Below, in pieces: positions 1-11,500 of a stretch of DNA of 64,000 bases. Both the position numbers and the translations under genes were made by a program. Position 1 is the first letter of the stretch. Each line of letters opens with the position of its first letter. This DNA comes from Laetmonice hystrix. Taxonomy: Eukaryota. The stretch covers positions 33,108,001-33,172,000 of the forward strand of contig OZ249438.1 of assembly GCA_965235115.1 (NCBI GenBank), read 5' to 3'. The notes beneath the pieces are model-generated. The model did no database searches. It was not told where the DNA came from and worked only from the letters and a program-made list of their open reading frames with translations.

Positions 1-183
1 GACCAACGGTTTTCAAATTAAGTAAAACCTTTTTCATCCACCAATAAGTGATTCTCTGAGGCAAGCTGTATTCTTTGCCTTTCCAGCAAAGTACAATAAC
101 GAACAAATTTTTCACTAAGCTTTTAAGCTTTAGATTTGATATAAAATAAAACTGATGGCAAATAAAATTTGGTACCGACCATT

Positions 184-189
184 TTTAAT
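184..189 (-). promoter_or_regulatory. possible distal polyadenylation signal ATTAAA
   Basis: ATTAAA followed 20-45 nt downstream by U-rich stretches (ttttattt at about 141-168 on the minus strand); would give a 3'UTR of about 2.2 kb. Confidence 0.3.
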
Positions 190-2340
190 TCTGCACAATT
201 ACAAAATCATAATCTTTGACGAAAAAACTAAAAATAGAAATTAAAATCTACATTTGTGTAGATATGATTTGCCTCTACTGCCAATATGCCTTTGTTTCGT
301 ATCTACAGAAGCCCCTATGTGGGAATTCAAAAATATTTGTTTCTACAAGCATGCACCTTATATATAATTCTAATGCTTTGGATTATGCTGCAATCCCTTA
401 AACCCTCCCAATGTGACTTACACACACCAGCTTCAGGCATACCGGCTCTGATTGGCTATTCCAACATCAGCAGCAGGCCTACAATGTATAGAATGACCAA
501 TGAGAGAATGTCACATAACCAAACACACACAAGTGTCGTTTCATCATCTACCGCCAGGGGGCACAACTGATGTTGCAAAGTTTAGTGTAAAATAGAGAAT
601 GATTATCAATATGACGGCTAGAAGCGAGCGCCACGTCCGATTCACCCCTCCACCCCTCTCTAACACAATTAATTACAGCAAGTGTTCACCCCGTCAGCTA
701 CGAACCTGCATTCCTTATTTCCTTTGTACCTGGGTAGATGTCGATAGAAGCAAGACGCCATCTTGGGTTAGGACACACGCTGTAGATTGATATTATGCTA
801 ACTTGAGTTGCACATTTACTCATCCTGCTCACTCAGCGCCAGATCACTCATGAATTAACTCCCATACTTGGAAGCTCAATCCTTACAGCTCTCCTTCCGA
901 TTGTGTGTGTAATTGATGGTGTTTGCACACGTGGCATATATTCTCCCTTCATGTCTGCTTATTCTCAACATCATAAATGAACGAGAACACTCGATGTCTT
1001 TCCCGTGGATACATCAATATTTCAGGTTTGCACATAAACAATCATCAATTAAATCTGAAGTAGCACATCCACATCATTTGCATAGATGGAATGCAAAACA
1101 CTGACACGTACATATCGTCATGATGTTGGGATACTGATTGAAGCTGGTAACTACATAATCCAAAGGCATTACTAACCAAGTCCTCGTTCCGGACCTTCTA
1201 CCCAATAAGCCACTGTTTTCGGCGTCACTGCGAAGTGTTCTTCACAACTCCGGTCCCGTTACTGCTGCTACTCGATGGCTCAGCCATAACGGGACAACGC
1301 AGGCATTCCGCACAAGTTTTGCCCAAAGCGCAGTTCAAGTTTTCGCAACACCACAGCTCTAGGGGGATATTTGTACGAACAAACAGACAAACACGGGCAG
1401 CTCTCTCTAAGTTGCTGTCTGTTTCTATGAGGCCAACTGCTTGGCATGGGTAACCATGGCACCCCCTGGCGTGCGAACCATGCTATGGCCGGGTTCTCAT
1501 CCTATTGGCGACACTAAACTGTTACAGAGGCAGTCTACACAGTCAATATTTACAAGTATGGGCACCAGAAGGTGCTGAATGCAGCACTCCGTCCAACATG
1601 ACTAGATAGAGCAAGCTGCAGCGAGATGGTGGGCTGCAGCTAAGCTCAGGAAGGCTCCCTTTCTACACAACTACGTCAATCTCAATATATTATCAATCTC
1701 CACATCATCACTATCGTAATCGGCCCTTATCTTGCCAGCCAGAGTAAAATAGAAGCTAACAATTTGTAATCTGTATTCCACAAAGACGAAAAAGGTCCTT
1801 AGGCATGCAGTTTGACAGACGAAAACCAGTGGTCCCCTGGGCTGCTTGGAGACCGCCTGGTGTAAGAGGGACTCAGAAAAGTTTAGCATATGATCTGGTA
1901 TGCTAAACACCAGAAAACTACGTATTCCCTGCTCCACATGCCTTGGGTACAGGTGGCCTCTTGCTGGCTCAAATACCCACTCACGTCTATATGTATATAT
2001 ATGTGTACGTATATTCATAGAGGCATACTTGGACAGTCACCTAATGGTAAACTAATCTGCATCAAGATTAGAGTGTATAACAAAGGGAAGCCTCCCCGAG
2101 ACTGGGGCCTTCGTCATGATCAGTAACGGTACAAGTACCCTGGTACGGAGTACAAATCTAACAGGCGCTCATCGTAATGGCACACACGACATTCAATAGC
2201 ACGGTGCAACAGGCGGAGTGCGGTTGGGGGGTGGGGGGGGGTGGTGGAGGTGGGGCGGGACCGTAGGGGTTCACCCATGCCAAGCAGTATGTCTTCGCGT
2301 CTCAGTGTCATTCAGGCCTGGACACCAGGTGGCGCCAGTC

Positions 2341-2346
2341 TTTATT
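2341..2346 (-). promoter_or_regulatory. possible proximal polyadenylation signal AATAAA
   Basis: AATAAA on the minus strand 30 nt after the stop codon; downstream U/GU-rich element is weak. Confidence 0.3.
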
Positions 2347-2376
2347 CCAACCTCACGGTCATGGAACCTATTCTCT

Positions 2377-2535
2377 CTACTTCTTCTTGCCAAGCGTGAA
2401 GAAACTGCGCCGTTTTTGGTCATCCTTCTTGCCTTCTCCTGATGTGGCTGGCAGTGTCTGTGCTCGTGTCGGTGATGCTGCTTCACCTCCCGATGACGAC
2501 AAGTTGATCATTCTGATCCAAGCATTCATCTCCTC
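2377..2535 (-). CDS. SPTBN1: exon 43, last coding exon ([10 protein letters not shown]...[12 protein letters not shown])
   Basis: tttcag|GAG, TAG at 2377-2379; conserved basic beta-spectrin C-terminus. Confidence 0.96.
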   Translation of the reverse strand, partial: EEMNAWIRMINLSSSGGEAASPTRAQTLPATSGEGKKDDQKRRSFFTLGKKK

Positions 2536-5500
2536 CTGAAAACACCAAACATACTCCATGGTCACACCCAACCCTCATTACAAACACACTGTTTAACGAA
2601 TTCAAATTAAATTACTTTCATTTCTAACCATACTCCTGTCAATATCAAGTCATACATTCATCTCTAACCACACCCCTGTCAATATCAAGTCACACATTCA
2701 TCCCTAACCACACCCCTGTCAATATCAAGTCATAATCTTGAATTACATTCATCCCTAACCACACTCCTGTCAATATCAAGTCATACATTCATCTGTAACC
2801 ACACTCCTGTCAATATCAAGTCATAATCTTGAATTACATTCATCCCTAACCACACTCCTGTCAATATCAAGTCACATATTCATCTCTAACCACACCCCTG
2901 TCAATATCAAGTCATACATTCATCTCTAACCACACCCCTGTCAATATCAAGTCATACATTCATCTCTAACCACACTCCTGTCAATATCAAGTCATACATT
3001 CATCCCTAACCACACTCCTGCCAATATCAAGTCATACATTCATCCCTAACCACACTCCTGTCAATATCAAGTCATACATTCATCCCTAACCACACTCCTG
3101 TCAATATCAAGTCACACATTCATCCCTAACCACACTCCTGTCAATATCAAGTCATAATCTTGAATTACATTCATCTCTAACCACACCCCTGTCAATATCA
3201 AGTCATACATTCATCCCTAACCACACCCCTGTCAATATCAAGTCATACATTCATCCCTAACCACACTCCTGTCAATATCAAGTCATAATCTTCCCAATCT
3301 GAATGAGGCTAACAGACCTGCAAAGCATCTACATGAAATGTTCATATGATTAATCATTAATTCTCACGAATTGTAATTCAAAGATAATGGTCTACTGCCC
3401 AGCCATGGGTAGCAATTGTACCCAGATCCCTGCCTCCTCAACTTACCTCATCCTTACACTGGAAGAGATACTCGCCACCCGATCCCAACTTCAGACGGAA
3501 AACGTTGGGGCGTTTGGTGTAATCAGAAGCAATGGCGCACGAGACGCCACTCAGCTCGATCGGCAGTTCGTGACGGAAGTAGCTGCCAGGGTCCTGTTAC
3601 AAAGAGGAAAAGAACGAACTCTCTTATCAATGTCAATCTCTACAACAGGTGTGGGGCGACATAATCTACACTTTGTGCCAAGTTTATGGCCGCTATGTAT
3701 GCTGCCTGTGAAACTCCATCTAACATCTTTCTCACAATGAAAGTTCAAGGGACAGGTCTTCCTTACTGTAGCTTTTTACAATCTTTTAGCCTCAAGTACA
3801 TACGAGAACCCATGCAATACCAACTCCAGTAAAAATCAATAAAATATGTACTCACACTCTTGGCATGCTTGGCGTCCTTATAGAAGGCAAGTGCCTTGGC
3901 ATCGAGCATACAGAACAACTTCTCCCAGGACCTGTTGACAGAAAGTAACATCAGTGGATGTTTGTGTCTGTGTGTGTATGAAGGTTAATACAATCAGTAA
4001 CAGCTAGGGTCATACCAACATGGTCACCTTGAATGATGTAGGAAACTTGAGGTAACTCAAGACACTGACCCAAACCTTCTCATATAAGGGTTGCCCCAAA
4101 CACTGGTCTTGCATTGACTTCCCATCTCAAACATCAGTTTTCTACATCATCTACTTTACGTTTGGTTTCATATATCTTCACCAGAGCTTCTGTCTGTAGT
4201 GCTCATTCTGTAGGTATACAGCTGTGAGTGGAGCAAGGCCTCAAACACTCACCTATTACTGGCTTTCTTAGTAGTGCTCTCCCATTCGTGTTTCCGTACC
4301 AACATTCCCTCAAATCGTTCTTCTGCCTCCTGGCCGGACACTGAAACAACCCATAGCAAACTATCAGTCTGTGCGAACCGCTCAGTGTGGTGCACCGCCA
4401 TAAGGAGGTACTGAACTGCTAACCTTAAATCTTTGCTGGATGGTTAGGAGAGCTTAGTATGTTATGGACATTTACTTATATATAGAGGGGATGCGATGCA
4501 GAGCGGGACTGGGATGTGAGCAGGATCCCTGCTGTCAATCTCTGAGGTCATTATTTTGACACTTATTTATCTCCTCAAAATCAGCAACCCTACATCTTGT
4601 GTTAACACACAATATCTGAAAACAACAGGTACAAAACGACAAAAAACAGGATACCATCATTTCATGTTGCTGATTTTGTAAGAGAGACTTTCTACGATTA
4701 TTTTTTTTCAAAGGCGACGGTGGCGTTAACGCTGGACTGAGGGCAAGCTACTTCATTGCAAAGTACGCAGACCCCAGCTGTGCTGCATACATGCCAATAA
4801 TATCTTACAAACATTCTAATATAAAGGCCAAATGGGATGTTAAATAAGGGCAAAATTTGACTCTGTTAGTATGAGTCTTAATGGTCATCCTTAAACACAC
4901 ACGAACGACTTGAAAATGTTTTCATAGGCACTTGATAGATATCCTCATTAACGAAAACTGATGGGGGGAAAAGAGGAGTATAGCTTTTTATCTTATCTAT
5001 TTGGATAGAAAGTTGTTTGGATTGTCAAGTTTGGTCATCCTTATAGGATCGAGGAAACCAGGAAGTTTGGTCGACCAACTACTTGACTGAGCAATAGGCC
5101 AGCTGCAAGAGGCAACCACGGAATGAAGCCGTGAACCACTGACTGCCTTCACCACGTGCCATGATAATCCCACCTGTTCATCTAATAAGGTCACTGAGAC
5201 ACGGACTCTGGGGTTACAGTTCTCGCAACAAACAGAACAGGCAGGGGAAAACCATGGACAACCAACTCTTAGGTCACTCACTTATATCAAAGTAAATATA
5301 AATGCTCAGGACAAATCATTTTGGTATATTAGTACAAAACTCCTTTAGAACTATCAACATTTGGCTAAAAACATTATCCACTAGAGACAATATAAAAATG
5401 GCAAATAGATAAAACGCTATTTCTAACAATGAAAGCATCATACATGTATATAAAATACTATAAATAAGTCATGTATTTATAGCAATGTACGTCCTACATA

Positions 5501-8500
5501 AAAAGATCAAATCACTGCTATATCACATTATTAGCAGAAGTAAAAATCCTTTACCAGGTATATTCATTATTCATTACTGTTAATGTAGAAATACACCATG
5601 TACTGTATTCAATCCGGAACAAGGCAGCAACGAAGGTTAGATGAAGGCTTGTTCCTCCACATATTATCCCATTGATCGTACTCTTAAAGCACCTCAGATA
5701 TAGTCCCACAGAACGGGAGTTGTAAGCACTGCAGCTTGACATTGCTCACCTTTCACTGTCAGCTTGTTCTGCACAACGCAACCAGGACAGAACCAGCAGA
5801 CCCCAGCCCGCATCAATTTGTACTGTAGCCACAGCCATGTGGCGCAGTCAGTAACTTACAGTAACCCTTGGAGCCTGGCACACGGAGGATAAAAGCCACA
5901 GCTAGGCCCTCAGTAGATGGTGTCAGCTATGGAAGGTTTAGGCTACCACTCCAGCACATTACGTAGAAGTCTAGGACCCTGTACTAAATACTTATGCCTC
6001 CCACTATAGCCACCATTGTAACACAGAGACTGTCCACTGCAAGTGCAGCACCCTGTCTCAGACCCAAAGCTCATAGCAGTTCCCAAAGTGACGAACACCA
6101 GACAGAAGGAGCTTGTAGGTGTCGAGAATCAGGCCAGTTTGGCTGATTCTGCCCAACAAAATCACCCGGTCAGGCAGGCAGGCAGAGGTCGGGGGTAGGA
6201 GGTGTGTGGAACGCTAGCTCCATCTACCATGTGCCGTTACCTTTGGGCATCACAACAGGTCTAACTTGCTCGCGCTCCATGGAATGCCCTCTACGTTTGA
6301 ATGGTGATTTGGAACGCTTCTCCTCTGTTACACGCAGAAAGCAAAGGTTGTCACGTTAGTGGTATTCATTCACCAGGGGAGCACAACGCACGCACTTAAC
6401 ATGAACCGTCCACCGTCAGTGATGTTGATTTTGATTGGCCCAGTGTGAGTAAATTAAATGTAAGGTTTAGTTTGAGTTGCATCCATTACCTGGTGATTCT
6501 GACTCCCTGGTCAGACCTCATCACCATAGGGTCAGGGTGGGAAAACAAGAGGTAGATCATGCAAATAAACGAAATGGAAACACCACATGCAAAAACGTGC
6601 AAAACAGGGCTAATATGAAGTTAGATACGAAAAGTTGAAGTGAAATCAACTGGCTGTTACAATGTTCTGTCATCATTACATTCCAGACAGCTTTATGAAA
6701 ACACACGAATAATCTGAATTTTATAAATTACTTTACTAAAGAGAACCAAAGAAATCATTATCCGAGTTCAGTAGACAGCCATTCAGATACACTTATTCTT
6801 TGAATTCAAATTCCAGAGTCTTGTTTTGATAGAATATTCGAGAGTTGAACGATAAAAAGCCTGAATAACTGTCCCAGTAACTCTCATAATATGTACTATC
6901 TATAGCAATAATTGAAGATTATCATGAGCTACCACCCCTCTAGTCAAACGAAGCAAAATGATGCAATGAGAGATTAGATAGTTAATCAAAGAAACCATAA
7001 TAAAAGTTCTGACTGAGCCAAGATATCAAATTGACCATCGACCATCGCAGTAGCGTTCAAAGTCTGCACCGAAGCGATGGCTGCGTGGTTTTTGTTTTGC
7101 GTTGTGGCAGGAGGGTTTACTTACTCTGAAGTGTGCTCGGTTCAGAGAGAGGCTCCGCCTGTGCCTGCGGTTCGGCGGGAGGCTGGGCGGAACGCTGCGT
7201 AGGACGCTTGACTGATGATGAAGGGAGTAGAGAGGGCATGAAGGCAACTTAACACACAACACATAGTGCTACCTGACCTGGCTGACAGTCACGCTCAGAG
7301 AGAGAAAATAGTCCAATACACAAGGTGTGTCGAGTCCAATGGATCGAGGACTACAAACCAAACTTGGTGCTCTACCTGCTTGGCTGGCTGCCTTTAGCTT
7401 TACGGGGAATAATTAGTAACACGTCATTAATGTCTTTACATGCTCTCCACTTTTGTTATAAATACCGTTAATACCGACACCACAATCGCCTACTTCAAAC
7501 AAGGTTAAACTTAGAATTGTGCGACTAGCTGGTGACAGATGGACACCAAGAACCGCGCCAACAGACAGTTTACACAAGTTTCTACCATTCAAGAACAAAA
7601 CTCATTAATTCTTCCTATAACTGGTCTCTACAACTACTTGGCAATCAGCCATCCACTGAGACTTGAGATGGTTCACTTTGAAATATCGTATACATGTAAT
7701 AAAGATGTAGTCTTTTCTACTTCAAGCCAGAAAATTAGAGTAACTTATTTCAAACTTTCTCACGACAGTGACCATGTTTTCCACAGCCAGAATGAGAACG
7801 GATACAAGATCTTTCAGACCAGAACATACCATCTCAAACAACATACAGATATAATGGAAACACTTGTAAGTTTTTTTTTTTTGTTATATGGATATATCAG
7901 GAGAAATCCATAAATCCTTAAAAATATAAAATATGTAGGAATATTTATCTCATGCTGTTATATGCTATAGGTAATATTTGTGTGAGATCACAGAACTCTA
8001 CAGGAAGCCAGGTACAGGCATGTTTTAAAGATGATTTGAGAACTTAAAGAGTTTTTAAAACAAGTTTCGAGGTGCATAGACTACAGAATAGCATGCTTGT
8101 GAACAATGGTACGGAAGAAGTTGGTCAAGACTGCTCTTCCTTTTGGCAAAAGGGCGAGGTAAGGTCATCCACTTAATAGGCCTCATGCTGTTGCCATGTT
8201 ATGCCACAGAACATTTCGACTTTGCCAACTGATGCTGTTATTTGCCTGACGGCTATGTTGTTTGCCATGAGACTTCAGTTATTCGCTGTAGTCAATTTTT
8301 TTTTATTTTTTGGGGCATAACCTGCAATTCTTTGCTTAAGATTTATCCGATTTATACAAGTTCTATGGTGTCAGCATGAGTGAGAGGTCCACACTCTTAG
8401 TTTATCATTGACCAGATCACGAGGTCAAGCCTTTTTCCTGTATTAAATAAATCATCGTAGAGCTCGATCAGAAAGATATTAACATGCTACGTTATTTAGG

Positions 8501-11500
8501 CTAAGGTAATTAAGGGTAAAAATACAGAGGGTGGGATTACACATAGATCTGCAGGATTAACCAGGGCTCCAGTGTTCCATTAGAGGTAGTGTTACGTTGA
8601 CGGACAGTTAAACAGTCACCTGGGGTAACACCGTGTGCGGGGGCCGTGGCGGGGGCCGCGGTGGGGGCCGTGGCGGCGGGGCCCATGGCGACAGGGCCCG
8701 GTTCAGATGCAGGTGTCTCCGTGACAGTAGGCTGGACCACTTGAACCTCAGCCAAGTCGGCCTCGTCTGCCAGCCGTAAGACACGTGAGTGGTGCTACAC
8801 TAATGTTGCACAAGACACAGACACACAGACACACAGGCATACAGCCAAGTGTATGCTGGGGCCAACACCAGGGGTCAGCACTAGTTTATGATACTTACCC
8901 GGTACTATTTCCTGGTTTCTCAGCTCCTGGACTCACCACCATTTTACTACAACACCAACCTCCTCCAACAAACACACAAACTCTCCGTTTACAATTCTAC
9001 AAACTGGCCACTGTTCCATGTCTTTCTGGTAAGTTCATAGTCGTGAATAATCCCGTGAAGTTCACAAAGTATCTTGTATTTAATATTTACTCTGAGGATG
9101 CGTGTTTGGTGGGGAGACTGATGTCAAACAAGCAAGTCTCAAACCCCATTCACCCACTACAACCACCACCACCTTGTGGAATCATTAGTACTACAGTCCA
9201 TGTCACCCACGTAACATCACAAAGGCAGGCCTTAAAGTTTAAACAATAATTTCACATGCCTAAAGGAAATCTCAAAATGCTTGAAATAAACAAATTAAAA
9301 CAATTTTTTGTTGCATCAGTTATAGAACTATGACAACAAAGTTTTTAAAAGGCAATTTTGCTCGATAGTATGGGGAATATTAACAACTTAACTTAACTTA
9401 AATTTAATCTTACGTCTACTTAAGACATTGACTCACTCATGCGTCAGAACAGAGGAGAGGTTGAACAAAGACAACATGGTAAGAAATGGAGTATAAATAC
9501 AGGAACATTACAGAAATATTCAGAAATGATGTGATAAATGAGTCACACGACATTACTTGCTACAAACCATGCCTTATCCATATGATTAATGCTGCTTCAA
9601 ACAAAGACACCTACTTTAAAACTATCTCTATTCCAGGTACCGAGTTATTCTTGCAAAGTGCAATATACACGTGCAAAATTAAGAAAACTCCAACCAACTA
9701 TAAAGTGAGGATTGGTATAACAAACTACAAAAAGACTACACTGTTTCCATGCACTTAGGCCCTCATTTTCCAATCACACCAGAGCCATCACATCCACGGT
9801 ACACCTTGCCAGACATGCTCTAAATCATTCAAAGTCTCCCATCGTGCCATACATACTGGACGAAACAGAAACCAGAGGCATGCAACTCCTTACCCTCTTT
9901 TCTCCACAAGGCCTCAGGACACTGTTGTGTGTCTGACAGAGACTGTTACAGACCAAGACGACACTCACACATACATCCATACATGTACACTAGTACACAA
10001 ACACTGTCAGCCGACCTCACACCATTTCAATCAGCCACTCATCAGTCGCTTGACAATTTACTACAGAACAGCAGCAGCTGGCTGCCATGTTGACAAGACC
10101 CCCATCGCATGTACTGTTCAAATGGTACTATCCATGTCTCAATACATTACCTTCAGCAGCAGCGCCACCTGGCGAGTCATCATGTTCTTTGTCTCCGTTA
10201 ACCAACTGCTCGGGTTCGCCAGCTCCACCCATCTCATCACGGGTTGGTGACTCCTGCTGTGGTTCAGGTTCGGGTTCAGGCTCGGGTCTGTGAAACAAAC
10301 AATAATGTAAATATAGAAAATGTTCACCTATCTTAGCAGGCAATGACCAATTGTATGAAGGTGTTATTACAATCTCGTGACAGTTTTGGAGGACCTGCCT
10401 ACTCACTCTGGTTCTGGAGGTGGTAGGAACTCTTCGATGTATTTCTGCACAAAGCTGGCTTTCTGGGGGTATGGGGCGTCTGGGTGATCCCGTCGAAACT
10501 CTTCCTCCCTTCGTTTTTCTCTCTCCTTGATCTCAAACTGTGACCGAACCACAAGTATATTTGTAGGTCGGTGTGAACAGCCTCCCAATACCAACAACAG
10601 GCTACAATTTCTTTACAAACTGACAATCCAAACCCTTACTTTCAGTTTTAAATTGGTGAAGGAGCTTTACAAAGGTAATAATATGATAATGAGGACACGG
10701 TCATTAATACATTTATTTCAGCAGTAATACCAGACTAACAGGACAACATGTGGTATGTACAGTGGACTATAAATTAACCCATGGATCTTTAACTTTTTTT
10801 TATTCGTTTATTTTTGCTGGCAAATGTCAGTTACAAACTGGTTTTCTTCATTTCCCAGCTTATGCTGGATTTTAGAATATACAAAATATAATAAGAAACT
10901 TACCGTTGTTAACCTCTCGAGAGCAGCAAATCTTTCTTCCTGGGTGGCTGCAGATTTTTCAAAGGCTTCGTGCTTTTTAATAAGTGCTTCAACCGAATCC
11001 AGCGTGTCCTGTAGAGAGAGAGAGACTCAGTGAGACTGGCATGTAGTGAGAGAATGAGCAAACCCACAACACAAACAAAACGGAAAGAGGATCACTTTAA
11101 ATAAACTACATCAACATAGATAATGCTTTTGGAAAAATGTAATCAATCAAGAGGTTTCAGCATATGGCAATAAACTAATCAGATTGCCAAGGACACCTTG
11201 GCAATCTGACATCTTATAATTGAAAATGAAAGATGACTTACTCCATATTCGCCACTCTGCAGGTACGGTTCGTGTGCAATCAGCCAGGCTTCTGCCACGG
11301 ATGCATCGCGGGCAAACTGGTAGACTTCCAAAACTAGTGTAAGGGAGAATAAAATAGTAAGTTTTGCAATCTGTCAGGTCTTCTTAATAATATACAACTG
11401 AAGATATGTATGCAACTAAGCTCATCAGTAAAATCTTTTCATGCATTATCCCTTGTAAAATACAGATATTACGTCATAATCACTGCTACAGGCCCGCTTT

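Noticed and set aside
1671-2018. 115-aa minus-strand ORF after the stop codon
   Set aside because: Lies in the presumed 3'UTR, has no recognisable motif, and its length is compatible with chance
2615-3292. Repeat array as a CRISPR locus
   Set aside because: Units are contiguous with no unique spacers, there are no cas genes, and it lies in a eukaryotic intron
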